Assembly (NCBI GenBank): GCA_000165425.1
Contig: CT868012.1
Location: 124,001 to 188,000, forward strand
Origin: Paramecium tetraurelia
Taxonomy: Eukaryota
DNA length: 64,000 nt
Reading direction: 5' to 3'
Under the pieces are notes generated by a model. It was not told the origin of the DNA, ran no database searches, and saw only the letters and a list, made by a program, of their open reading frames with translations. The translations under genes were made by a program, and so were the position numbers. How positions within the stretch are numbered: position 1 is the stretch's first letter; each line of letters starts with the position of its first letter. Positions 1-13,145 of this stretch are shown here, piece after piece.

Positions 1-2
1 AT

Positions 3-1110
3 GCAGTAAAATATTTAAGTAAATTTTGGCACATCATTGGATTTTTGACTTTGGTTGTGATTGCTCCTAGATTTGTGGAAGGAGAACACTAAGGAGTATA
101 ATCTAAATATGAATATTGTTTAGTTGGTAAGACAGGCTGATGAAATTGCATATTTTATGTTATATTGGCTAGTATTGGGAATCATGTCATCTGTGGGTTT
201 GGGAACTGGTTTGCACACATTTGTGTTGTACTTGGGTCCTCATATAGCTAAGACAACAATTCAGGCTTATGAGTGCAATGCGTTACCTTTATTTGTGCCA
301 TCTAAATATGCTACTCAATATGTGGAATGTCCAAAAGAAGCAACTGGCATTACTATGTTTGACATTATAAGGCAGGTGTATTTTGAGACAGTTCTTTTTG
401 GAATTGGTACCGCAATTAGGTGAATTGCCACCATATTTTGTTGCCAGAGCTGCTGCATTGGGCTAACAAGAAATTGGAAGAGTTGGATGAAGTTTTTGGA
501 GAAAAAAGATGAAAGTAAGATTGTCTATCTATCTAATATTTAGATTCCTTTATGCATAGAATGAAATTGCTTATTTACAATAAATTATAGAAAAATGCAT
601 TCCTTACTGTGATGTTATGTGCATCAATTCCAAATCCCTTATTTGTTTGGCAGGTATCACGTGCGGTCACTTTCTGATTTCCTTCTGGACTTTCTTCGGA
701 GCAACTGTTTTGGGAAAGGCATTCATAAAAATGCACATTCAGGTATTTAGATAATTTGATGTATTCTCTTTTAGTTGCCAATGACTGTGTTTGTTTTCTC
801 TTAGGAACCAGTCAAAGCGTTACTCAACTTGATCCAAAAATATATTCCCTTTATATATTAATTTTTAAGTGATTTACTTGATAAGCAGAGATAACAATTA
901 AGAGATCCTTCTCTTTTCAAAGAAGGGACCAAACCTTTGTTGGCTTAATTGTGGGATTATTTCATCATTCTTATGATAGGCTTCTTTATGATTTCCATAG
1001 TGAATAGTTTGGTAGCTCAATATGTGACTGAGCAAGAGTAGGAGAAGAAGAAGAACAAGAAAGATCCTGCTGAAGATCGCAAGAACAATAAAAAAGTAAA
1101 AAGCTCTTGA
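3..1110 (+). CDS. VMP1: Vacuole membrane protein 1 (VMP1/TMEM49) homolog; 5' end lies outside the window; contains about 4 single-base indels
   Basis: Motifs [33 protein letters not shown](G)[11 protein letters not shown] and ASIPNPLF(D)[29 protein letters not shown]. Introns at 96-123, 515-543 and 743-774. TGA ends at 1110. Frameshifts are needed near 418, 461, 495 and 645. Confidence 0.9.
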
Positions 1111-1165
1111 AAATGACTATTAAAAGGAAAAGTAAAATTTAGATTTATCAATTATTATTTTTTTA

Positions 1166-2637
1166 ATGAACAAGAATTCCCCATCACCTAGTTCACCAAC
1201 CCCCGTGATTTTGGTGTTGGTCACCAATAAATAGGGGAAAGTGCTTGAACATAGTCAGTTTTTCAGAACCTTCTCTGTCTTCGGATAAGTTAAAAAGGTA
1301 TTTATAGTCTCTCATTGATTTAAGATTCTAATATTCGAAAGAAAAATCATCTGGAAAGTATTCATCGAATACGAAACAGCCCAACAGGCTCAATAAGCAC
1401 TTATCTTAGATGGTACTCTCTTCGATTACTAACTGAAAATGAGAGTCCACCTTAGCTAACGAGATTCCCTTGTGTTTTAGAATAACAACAATTGCGGCGT
1501 AGGTATAACTTTATTTAAACATCGAAGATTACACTACTCTTCAATCCAAATAGTAATTTTTCCAACAACTGAAGGAAGATTCAAATTCCCTCAATTAATA
1601 ATTACAACAGAACCTTGATATTTTGAATCAATGTATTACTCAGCTCAATCAGACTACTGATTTAAAAGAACAAATTTCCCTCATCCAGTAGATCCAAGAG
1701 TATCGCAATCAAACCCAACAGCTCACCGTCCTGTATTAGCAACAACTACGCAATTACGCTTCCGTGCTCCAACGAGAAGGCAAGAAACAAAAATAGATCA
1801 TATCTTCAACCACAACACCCTCTCCCTCCCCTTTTCAGCACTCCACCGTTGACTCCATAAGACAACAAATCCTTGAGGAATCGTCTGAAGACGACAAAGA
1901 GGAGTTCTCAGATGGAGAAAGCATCTCCTCCGAATAGTCGCCCAAGTCTTAAAAATCTGTCCATTCCGATGACAACTACAACGAAGTCTTTTGTAATGAG
2001 TCCAGCAATCCCTTTTCCTGTGGAGCCAGTCCTTTCACTCCACATCCTCAAACGTAAAGCAGTCCCTTCTTAATGACTCCCACTCCTCTACCAACGTATT
2101 TGGTAGTGCAGCATCCCAACACCAATCTACGAGTGGTGTACAACATCTTTAGTACAGTCACAAGAGTAGATGCCATCTATCAAAGCCATTATGGAGCCTT
2201 CCTCCAATTGGCCTCCAAAGAAGAAGCAAATCGAGTCAAAAACTTACTCAACAAAGGCCTTCTTTTGGGAATGCCTATGACTTTGATGATCTCCGAAAAA
2301 CTACCCCAGGATGCTCGTTAAGTAGCCCTACCCCCCAATGAGAGAAAAGCAATCATTACTCAACAATTGTCCAACGCAATCTAAATTACAGGTCTTACTG
2401 GTGTCACCATAGAGTAGATGTATTAATACTTTGGATGTATGACCCCTATCTAGAACATGAAGTACTATATTTTATAATTCATAGATTCATTAATCAAAGC
2501 TCTTGCAAAATACTCTATTCTGACGTAGGATGCAGTCTTAGTGTCTTAGGACATTTCCAAGATGCCAAGATCAATGGAAGGTATCATATTCATATATTCC
2601 CCTTAGATCTGTGTAACTTTCATTCACAGCTTTCTGA
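1166..2637 (+). CDS. Multi-RRM RNA-binding protein, PTB/hnRNP-L-like
   Basis: VILVLVTN..FFRTFSVFGQVKKILIFERKIIWKVFIEYE resembles a PTB RRM. A second RRM reads NLRVVYNIFS..YGAFLQL, and the C-terminus is GRSVQLSF. Three short GT-AG introns. Confidence 0.7.
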
Positions 2638-2689
2638 TTAATGAGAATGAATGAATTTTATTAATATTATGTACCATCATTATAAGTTA

Positions 2690-3423
2690 TCATATCTTTT
2701 CTATCTTATAATAAAATACAAGAGAATAAAATTTCTAACCACAGTATAAATTTTCAAATATATTACTCTATTATAATCGACCAAATCCAACACATCTCTC
2801 TCTTGGATCAATTCCAAAATTCTACAAATGCCCAGAAGTGTAGTTTATCCCTAGTAAATTCCATATTTTAGTGTTCCACCCTAATTTAAAAAATCAACAA
2901 TACTCTTGAATATTTAATATTTTGTTTCCGCCCTTTGCTAATGAGATTTAGAGTATTTTTGTATAGGAATTTAATAACAATCAAGGCATACGAATGTTAT
3001 AAAATTTACTATGAATCTATCTGTCTTGGTGTACAACCTTCAGAGTGTTAAAAAAGGCTATAAATATTTATATATTCAATTAAGCTTATGATAGGCAAAG
3101 TAAAATAAAATTTAATATAATTCCCTGGTATTACTCATCCCATTTGAATTTTTCCCTAATTATTGAAGATGTGTAGTATATCTTTTGTTAAGATTGCTAA
3201 TATCTTCTATTTACTTTTTATACTTATTATAAACAATTCAAAATTGAGAACTGCATCAGTCATATTAGGATTGGATCAGGAAAGTTTATAAACAACAGCT
3301 GTTTTTAGTGTAATTCTATCATTATCAATACGGAAAGGGCAACTGCATTTAAATATTATCATTGATAATAAGCAACCTTGTGAATTATTGCATTATGTGC
3401 ACTGGTTGTGATATTAATTTCAT
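2690..3423 (-). pseudogene. Possible degraded gene remnant
   Basis: Coding-like minus-strand stretches and an intron-like GTATTG...TTAG near 2881-2903. I could not build a continuous TGA-free frame. Confidence 0.25.
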
Positions 3424-3820
3424 TTAGATTTAAATAAAAATAGAAGCAATCTAAAAATACTTAATATGAAGGATAACAATTATGAATGATAAGAAATTCA
3501 GAATTTAAACTTTTTCTCCAAAATCAATATATTTTTAAATTAAATTATAAAAAATTAAACTAAAACTAATGATATCATTCTTTATATTGAGATTAAAAAG
3601 TTACAATTGTTAATTAGTTATATATTTTGGAAAGAAAACAATATTATGATAAGAAAACTTAGAAATCTTTATATAATAGTGTAAATAATGCTCAAACTAT
3701 ATTATAATTTGCTTTCCTTAATGAAATTAACTAATGATTTGAGTATTTCTATAGAAAATAATAGAACGAAGTACAAAATGATTAATAATTAATAAATTTA
3801 AAATATTTATAGTTTATGAA

Positions 3821-4706
3821 TCATTTTTTTTTTGGGTTTTTTAAATCTTCAGCTAACTTAATGAAATGCTCATCCTGTTCCTTGATTTTTTAATCAAACA
3901 CTTATTACAATTCTTCTAATCTCTTTTTAAGCACTCTATCTATTCTTTCTTATTTTTCCTTCTATTGTTATTATTCTAACATTTCCCTCTTCTTTTTTTC
4001 TGGAATCTAGTATATTGAATTGCCACTCATTAATTATTCCATCATTTCTGGATCAATCTGATCATTATATTATTCTGCCTCTTATCTCAACTTCTCCAAC
4101 TCTAAATCCTTCACATCCTTTTTAATTTAATGTTTCTGATATGTTGTAACTACAATATCAACCCAAGGAGTGAATGTGAAGAAGTAGGCTCTATAGAATC
4201 TAAAGAATGTAGATAGAAAATGCGATGAAATCTCTTTCAAGTTCTCCAAACTAAATATATAAACATTATGCGGTGGTCTGTACTTATTAAAATCAATAAC
4301 AACCTATATAATGAATGTCGAACAATTATTTGTTTGAATTCTTCAAATGATTTTTCTCTGTTCCACCTTTTTTCCCATGAAATATTGAATAAATGCACAC
4401 TCAATTCCAACAAACATGTCGCTCTCTAAAATATATACTTTTTTTCAATCACAAAATTAAGTTAGTTCAAAAAATATTGAACGAAGATACTTAAAAGCTA
4501 AGGATCTTTTATATTTAATTTATTTCTTTCTTACCTAAGTCTGAATATAACTTGTAACTTTCAGGATAGCATCTCTAAATGATACTTGCTATCCTCTCTT
4601 TATTTTAATATTATTCTTTCATCTCCTCGAGTACAATGGAATCTATGATCTTGTTACCAAAGAATCTTTTCGATAATATTCTCATCTCTTAAGGTGAAGT
4701 TATCAT
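3821..4706 (-). CDS. CFAP119: CLAMP / flagellar C1a-32 family central-pair protein (CFAP119/CCDC189-like)
   Basis: After splicing two introns: SFEEFKQIIVRHSLYRPPHNVYIFSLENLKEISSHFLSTFFRFYRAYFFTF, matching the family RPP..IFS..TFFRHY core. C-terminal coiled coil. Confidence 0.8.
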
Positions 4707-4860
4707 TTAATTTATATTATCAAAAATTAATAAATGAATATTTTTTCAAAATATGATTAGTAAAAGGATTAAATAATAAGGTGTTATGAAATTTGATTCA
4801 CTTTAGAATTTGATTGCCTTTCAAGTTGAAAATTAAGAAAATAAATAAATAAAAATGCCA

Positions 4861-5498
4861 TCAGACAAAGAATTCTCTAATTTAATTTGCTGTGAATTTA
4901 AATCTTTCGGATGTTTTTAGACAAACAAACTCATATTCTGTTATAAGAGTCTTGAAATTGCATTGTTAACACAATAACAATAACTCATCTTAATAAATGA
5001 AATCTTATTTGCAATTATGAAACCAGATATGATCATTATAACATATAGGACATTTACTTTAAAATTTGTGATTTTTTATCAAATTTTGTTTCTATGATTT
5101 TTCTTGATTAATTTCTTAAACAGCTGGTAAGTAATCACTGCTTTTATGTGGCAAGCGCTTCCTAAATCTTAAATTTAATTTACTATGCTAATTTCTTCTA
5201 ATTATTTAGTTTATCTAAGAAAATGAAATTAGTCCTCAGAATCTGTGTTGTTCTTGAAATAAGGAGTATTAGGCATTTCAAGACTGTGTTTTAAATGACT
5301 TGATTCACTTAATGACTTGTGTTAAGGAGAATTCTTTTCATGCTTCAAGTACATCTCTAAAATTTCCTAAATTTCTCCACTTAATTCTTAGAACTCATCT
5401 TATTTTTGCTATTCTTAATACACATTGATTATATTCTGCGCTTTATGTTCACCTTTCTATTTAGGACGATTCTAGCCCCCAGAACAGCAAATGCCCAT
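4861..5498 (-). CDS. Hypothetical protein with MGICC acylation motif and Cys-rich C-terminus; one frameshift needed
   Basis: Starts MGICCSGG. The C-terminal frame has CPIC..WFHNC..CQQC..FVC. The two halves differ by one base near 5160 and I found no suitable 3n+2 intron. Confidence 0.55.
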
Positions 5499-5909
5499 TT
5501 AGAATTATAAAATATTTATTTCCAATCAACAGTTAATTAATTTTATTTCAATTGTCGACATCTTTAATTAAATTGATATTCAAACTACTAAAGCTGATAC
5601 ATTTGAGGAATTTATTTTGTTAAGCTAACTTTCCACTTTTATGAAAAACTTAGCCTGGTTTTTATTGAAAATCAATTCAAAAGTCCTTTCTTTTGGTATA
5701 TTTGTTCTGAATCAATCATATTAATAAATATATGTAATATTTACTTTTTTTAAATCGATTTTTGCTATGATAATAATATTTTATTCGAATATTAGAATAT
5801 TAGGGTTTTGATATTTTCTCAAATTAATTAGTTCTTGAAAAATGATAGAAAAAGGATTATGAGAAGAAATTCAATATTTCTTTTAGATATATATATATTG
5901 CATATTTAA

Positions 5910-8154
5910 TCATTTCAACTTTAAGAAATCCGAATTGGAAATAATTTAAGTGAATTCATCTATTTCTGATGTTTTCGGTATCAATCTGAGAATTTTGGTA
6001 GGCTATTAATATTTTCTAGATTCGTTCAAATTTGAACCCTCAAAATCCCAAATTTTGGCTTTTCTTTACTCGTAGACAATCAAACAGTCATCATCTTTGC
6101 ATTGTTCCTTTATTTTCTGAGTCAATTCCTACAATTATGGATTGTCTCGAATAGATTTCTTAAATTGCTAATAGGATTTCAAATAGTTTCTAGTTAAAAA
6201 TGATATTTTACATAGATTCTTACTCTTAGATTTAATTTTTGTTTTGTAGATCATTCAAAATCTAAGAAATCTTAGGAATAATCCTTCTACTTGAATCAAT
6301 AACCCGAACTTGATTATCCAAATCAACTAACATACAATCCCTCTTTTCCAAACACATACCATACATTTTACTGAGAATAGCACTAAATGAAATTGATCCA
6401 ATTTTGTCTTCAACTGGGAACCATGTTTCAATAGTGCCGTCTAAGGCATCCTCATGTAATTTATGTTTCTCCATGAAGGCTTAGAAAAGTTTGGTCCAAG
6501 ACTCCGCTCTGATGTGTCCTAATACAGCAATTTGCAGTTAGATAAAATATTCTTTCTTATATTTTATTAAGTTCTTCAACATATCCAAAGTGTCATCATT
6601 TTCATAATCAATCAATAAAATAAATAATAATTTATCTTATTTTCTTGTAATTTCTTCATTTCCCAAACTCTTCGAAAATGACATCTCCTCATATGGAGGC
6701 TTACGTTTTTCTGCATATGGGATTTTGCCATATTGTTGATTAAGTACTTTTTCAACAGTTGGTATATTATTGAAAAATTGATAAATCATTTAGTTAACTC
6801 TTTACAGCACAGGGTCATGTGAATTCTAAACTTCACTTAGGATACTATCTCTAGCATGTATCCATTGCTTGACTTACGAGATATATTGTGTAGATTTATA
6901 ATAAGGAGTGAGTGTAGCCATTTCCCAATTAGGAATCTGGATCAAACTGTTTTCATAATTGATAGATATTTTAATCTGCTTTTCCAAAGAAGCTTCGATA
7001 TTGAGATTGTTTTCTCTAATTTTTTAAGATAGCATTTTCTTCAAAATCTAAATGTCCCAAACTATTGGTTTTTATTAAAGAGGTTTGATGAAACTTTCTG
7101 TTACTTATAGTGACTTAGGTGAACATGCCACTTGAATGATTGGTTTCTCATAAATAACTTGCTTACTATCCTTGCCATAGATAGTCTTTTTATTTATAGC
7201 GACTTCTAAGCCTCTGGTAAACATTTGTTATTGTTGCTATTGCAGAATAAATCTTTTGAATTCCAGATACTATTGTTTGTTTATAGTGCTTTTTAAATTC
7301 ATTTCCTTGACTCCTACATATTGTTTGACTCCAGAATTTATAAGTTTGGTCACTTCCAAAGCCACTTCGTCAGAATCAGCTGATATGTCCCACTCCAGTG
7401 TATATCTTTTCCAAATTAAATTTTAACCGTAAAACAAAAGTGCACTTGCAAGATATCCTTCCTCGATATCATTGGCTTATTCCTAATAAAAGATATCGAA
7501 TATGTGATTTTCAGGTTCCTCGGCAAGAACATAGATGTGCTCATGTTGTTGCCATCCGGAATTGGATCTCACTAATTCCTCGTAGACTGATTGCTATTCT
7601 TCGTTGCCTCTGGTTAAGCCAATCAATTGAAACGGAACATTTTTGAAGGACTCAACCAATTCTATTGCATGTTGGAAATTGACCATCTATTCACCTTAAC
7701 CCCAAGATTTAATAAGTGTATAAGTGTTTTCCTTCAGCACTAGTGTTTAGGATTCTCCCTTTAGTAGCATGTGGAATTTTATGGAAGGGAATTTATCTCC
7801 TAATTCCAAACCACATTTGAATTTCATTTACTATTCAATCTTGCATTTATCTTATTTATTTGCAAGGGCTTTCAACTATTCCAACCCTTTGTTTACTTCA
7901 TGTAGTTATTATAAGTTAATAGGTTTCACTGTCCCTTGTGTATTGATCAATTTCTTTGCAATGACTCTTCCATTCCTGAAGGCAGCATCCTAAATATATG
8001 AATATGAAGTCTTTTTGATAATTTGGAAAGTTTCAAACTCATTGAGCAGATTACTAATCTTGCGTATTGAATCACTGCGAATACCAGGCTATTCTATATC
8101 GCCTGAATTGATTTCGGGTGATGGTTATTGAGAACAAGATTTACAATTGCCCAT
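5910..8154 (-). CDS. Hypothetical protein of about 700 aa with MGNC N-terminus; possible degenerate thioredoxin-like folds
   Basis: Long TGA-free frame in the ciliate code with short introns. Includes ORF-track fragment 6262-6474. The fold assignment is speculative. Confidence 0.7.
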
Positions 8155-8164
8155 ATTAAAATTA

Positions 8165-9604
8165 ATGAGTAAAAAAGAGAATGTTTGGAATTAACTATTA
8201 TTTGAGAAAAGTAGATAGGGAGGTTTCATAAATAAGAATTTGGTAATTTTAGGCAGGAAATGTAGTGGAAAAAGAAGTTTGTTAGATTCTTTAGCTGAAA
8301 TAACGAAGACTCACAAGAGTAAATTGATTAATAGTAATTTCTAGATGCTATTCGACAAAAAGGTATTACCCCAATAGTGGATTATGCCTTCTTAAATTTG
8401 ATAGACCTTCGCGACCCTGATTACAACACGAATGCTCGTCTGAATGTGTATATTTTAGAAGAAGAGGGGCAGAAGTATTTGTTACCTCAGATTTTGAATC
8501 ACAAAAATATCAAGAATACATTTGTTGTAATAGCTCTGGACATGCAAGAGCCCTGGACCTTTATGGAAGACCTGGATAGATGGATTAGTGTGTTGTAGGA
8601 TATGATGGCTGATCTGCGATTGAGTTTGAACGAATTGGAAGAGATGAAAGCGAATGGTAATATGAGTGTGATATATAATTCAAGTGATGCAATATATGTC
8701 ATAGATGGATGGAGGTTAGGCGCATGAAGGTTTGTTGAAGACAAATTTGGGAATACCTTTGATGGTGATGGTGAATAAATCGGACATCTTGGAGAGAGAT
8801 GATAAGGGGAAGGATTGGGATTAGAAGGCAGAAATCATTTAATTTTGTTTACGTTAATTTTGTGTGAATTGTAAGAGTTAACATACTTATAATAAGATGG
8901 TGCAACTTTGCTTTTCACTTCTGTGAAGCAGAAGATCAACATCAAGGTAATGTACGAGTATGTATTGCATCGTCTGTATAACATGCCATTTGAAACATCA
9001 CAACACAAAAACCTATCAGATTTCGAAAGTCTCTTCATACCCCTGGGTCAAGATGACATAAACATCATCAAGAGCACTTTCACTAAATTGGCCAATGGTG
9101 TCATTAAATACGAAGAGAGCGTGCCTGTAGTGCAATTGAAAAAAGTAAAGACTCTCTCCCAATATCATAATAGAATTTAGTAAAAGAGGAACTGACTGTT
9201 GAGGACGATCAGGAATTCTTCACCAAACTAAAGGAGAAGTCGTCTTAAGCACCTGCAACCAGACCCATCCTACCAATTCAAAGGACGGTGGACTAGCAAC
9301 CAGCTCAATAACAACCACCTCCTCCTACTACTGATTAACAGCCAGTGTCTGCCCGAGGCTCTCAACAGAGTAAAGAACTAAGAGATTTCTACGACAAAAT
9401 TCTGACTGGCAGAAATGATGTATTTGAGTATTTGAAACTTAGTCTCAAATTGATCAGATTCAATAGGCTCATTAACAATTACAAGATAGAATGAAGTCAA
9501 GAACAGTCACAGAAGTACAAACAACAACAACAGCTGCCAGATTGGCTCCTTTGTTCAATTAATAAGATTAATAGAAATTGTAGAGGATTTTGCCTAAAAA
9601 GTGA
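8165..9604 (+). CDS. DYNC1LI: Cytoplasmic dynein-1 light intermediate chain
   Basis: ENVWNQLL N-terminus, P-loop LVILGRKCSGKRSLL, IALDMQEPW, NLGIPLMVMVNKSD, LRQFCVNYGATLLFTS, LFIPLGQD, EDDQEFF, and C-terminal helix ELRDFYDKIL. Several short introns. Confidence 0.88.
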
Positions 9605-9694
9605 TTTCATCCCCATATTCTATAAACCTAAATAATACCATACAGTTCAGATGTTAATATATGCTATTAAATTCTTCAATCTTATTATTTTAAA

Positions 9695-9979
9695 ATGTCC
9701 GACAGTGAGATCTCTTTCAACTTTGATGATGATGTTATTGAGTTAGATAGATTCCAATAGCATAAGCCCAATGCTTCCTTTTCAAAGAGTGACAAAAAGA
9801 ACAACAAGGAAAAACTTAAATTAATGCAAACTTCCATCCAATCCTAAAATAACATCAAACAACAAATGACCAAGGACCTCCTGTTTCTCTTGAAGTTCGA
9901 ATAACACATGCTTAGTTCTATCAACAGTCTCCATCAGAGGATCATGAGATCTCTCGAAAGCGAAATAGGTGGCACTTGA
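9695..9979 (+). CDS. Small hypothetical protein (94 aa)
   Basis: Intronless ATG-to-TGA frame of 285 nt, MSDSEISFNFDDD...ESEIGGT, flanked by AT-rich spacers. Confidence 0.7.
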
Positions 9980-10038
9980 ATAATTAATTTGTTTGGTAGC
10001 ATAAAATGATTATATTATTTCAACATTCTTATAAAAAT

Positions 10039-12923
10039 ATGGAAGATTAAGTTAAGAGATTGTAAAGTCTCGTTGATCACTTCTAGAGAAGGAGTAAGAT
10101 AAACAACTCTAAACTTGAAACTGAATGCTATGAAGTGTTTTCTGAATGTGTAATAATTGTACAGAAAGAAATCAGCATTGAGTTTGGGAATATCATGGAC
10201 AAATTATTTAATCTCGTTAGAGAAATGTTGGAAGCAGCCCAATCTCAAATCAAACCCCATCCTGAACCCAAATAAATTTTGTTGACTCCTTAGATCCCTG
10301 AATTTATCAATGCACTCCAATTAGGAAGTGTTAACATTTTCGACTCTTTGGGGACATCAAAACAAATCAAAAATTATCAACAAATCCCTTGGAGTGATTA
10401 TAAATCCAAAGGTTAAGGGACCAAACCTTTAAGAACCTATCAAGATGTAGGTACTAGCACTATCATTGACTATTATTAAAATTGTTAGAATGCATCAAAC
10501 GATCTTTTGAGAAAAGAAGAGGAAATGAGAGAATGGTTAGAATTCACTAATGAAACCATCTCTATGTTAAGTGATGCCTTGGCTAATAAAAAATAATTAG
10601 ATATTGAGTTTCAGGGTAAGCCAGAGCAATTGGATTTAGTTATATCAGACATTCAATTTAAAAAGCTCAACTTGGAATAGCTATTGAAGTCAGTGAATTT
10701 GGAGAATCAAGGTGTTCAAAATTATGATCACGCTGTTTAGTTGCTTCTATAACATATCCATCATATCTAATAGTAGACAGCAGTCGCTATAATTCATAGA
10801 TTTAAGTAAAAACATTAAGAGAAGGAAAAGCAATAGTAAATGATAAATGAAATGAAGGGAAAGTAAAAGAAAAAACCAAATAAAAATAAAGACGATTGTC
10901 GTTGTTCATAATATGTGAATGAAATTATGGCATTAAAAAACAAACTAGAATAGATACAAAATGAAATTTAGAAAAAGGATAACCAATTATTAGATCTCTA
11001 AATAATTAATAATTAGAAAGAGATGCAATGCAAAATAATGCAAGGGTAGCTCTAATAACTTGAAGGTGAAAAGTCTGAATTTAAATAAAAATTGGATAAT
11101 ATGGTTAGAGAATATTCAAAATTAATTAAAAAGAATAGTGACAATGAAAGGGGGTAAGTTTCATCTAGCAGCAATGATGAAATCTTAGGAAACGCAGGAT
11201 AATTATATCCAAGAACCACAAGCAGAGAATTATCTTTATAATAATCATAAAAATAATAAAACCATTTAACCCCAAAAGACAATTTCATAATTTAAAAGAA
11301 GACTTAACAAATGGAAAGACTAGTTAAATTGGTTAATGTTTTAGATGGAAACAATCAAACAAGAAGATTAAGTTAGATGCAATTTATTTTGGAATAAAGA
11401 GCTAGTTCTCAAATACATGAATTGGCTGATTTGATTAAGGATATTGAAGAAAATGATTTATTATAAAATGACAATATAGACAACAGTTAAATTTCAAACA
11501 ATATAGATCCAACATTATCAATGAGAAACTTAGAGAATAAATCTAAACAGAATATTCTTAGCAATAATTAATTGCAGAGTTCTTTTGAAATTGAAACCAG
11601 TAATGATAAACCTGCAATCAAAGTCAGTATGCCAACGGAATAATAATCATATTAGTAATAAATTCCAAGTAGTAGAAACATGTCTTCTGCTAGCAGTAAT
11701 TAAAAAAAGAAAGACTCCTTAGGATAATTAACTAATCAAATGGATTTTCTAAAGACTGGAAACTCTGGAAACGTATCCTCTCTAAATTAATTGTCCCCTC
11801 ATTACCCACTATCTAAAGCAAAGTCATCCTAAAATATCAACAGATAGAGTTCTATTAAATCAGAAAAAAAGTAATAAAAAGTAAAATAAAGCGACTTAAA
11901 TTTAAAGGATTAATAAGTTTAGACTGATTTAACAATGATGTCAATTCTATTTTAGACTGAAAAGCATTGTAATTCCCTATAAGAAAATGAGTAAATCGAT
12001 AATTAATAGCTATAACAATAAAGATCCAATAGTAAGGTGAATTTGTAACATTAGTTGACTACAAGTAGTACCTTTAATTTCAATTCTGCTGGAACCATGG
12101 GATAAGGAAACTTTAATTCCCCAGTTCAATCAACCACCAATTCCAACCTACCATCTCCTCGAAATCAATAGTCATGTCATCAGACAAATGTATTCCCCTC
12201 TCCATCATCATCAATACACAAAACCAAAATGCAAAGTTTGAAACTTGAGTAGGAATAAAATTCAACTTAAATTTAGAATAGTCAATTCAAAGAACAAAGG
12301 AATATATAGAGGAGAAAATCTTTGAAATAAAAAATCTACGACTTATAGGAGGAGAAACATTTGAATTAGCAACATAGAAGGATGTACACAACAATAGCTA
12401 CACAATCCTAAACCACTTCTCCTCGTGAATATTACACTCCTAGGAATAAAACAAAGGATGATCTAGTTTTAAATAAATTGTAATAGGAGTAGGAAGAAAA
12501 AGAGGAGGAAGAAAAACTGTTCTATGATCAAATGATAAATGAGACACCTGAGCAGAACGAATAGGAAATTATTCAAAAGGCAATCAACAGGACTCCAGGA
12601 TACGAGTTGGGTTAAGAAGTGGATGATAAAATTATGGAGACCATGTTTGGAAATCTAAATAAGGCTCCAGATATTGTGGAGATGATTATCCAACAAAGTA
12701 AGAATGGCTAGTTGAATTTTAGTGAGTTCAAAAGATTTGTGAATAAGATGTAAGCATTCCATAAGAGATGTGGTAGAGATTGTAATCATTTAATGCGGTA
12801 TTTTGATTTTTTAACTATGTTTATAGATTTTATTTGAGACTGGGGTTCGTGTCGATGAAGTACCTAAATAAGAGGAAGATGTTAAAATTGGGCAAGCCGA
12901 AGGTTCTCCCTGGTTTCAAATGA
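10039..12923 (+). CDS. Large coiled-coil / low-complexity hypothetical protein with C-terminal HKRCGRDCNHLMRFY motif
   Basis: About 950-codon TGA-free frame, rich in Q/N/S, with a single intron near 12798-12826. Confidence 0.8.
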
Positions 12924-12938
12924 TTACTTTTATTAATT

Positions 12939-13118
12939 ATGGATAAATTTCCTTTTTTAAAAGAATATACTCGTAAAAATGAGGAAATGTACTCTCAGGA
13001 TAAGAAAAGAAATAAGAAAGACAAGAAATGGGAGGAGAAATTCTAGTGGAACGGGCAGAGTTATGATCACTTGATCAAGGACTCCTTCTTCGAAAACCCA
13101 TGGAAGAAGTTTACATGA
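12939..13118 (+). CDS. 59-aa microprotein with a C-terminal motif resembling MPLKIP/TTDN1/SICKLE
   Basis: MDKFPFLKEYTRKNEEMYSQDKKRNKKDKKWEEKFQWNGQSYDHLIKDSFFENPWKKFT*. It fills the gap between two genes almost exactly and is GC-richer than the spacers. Confidence 0.65.
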
Positions 13119-13145
13119 TCAATTATTATCATATATATAATAAAC

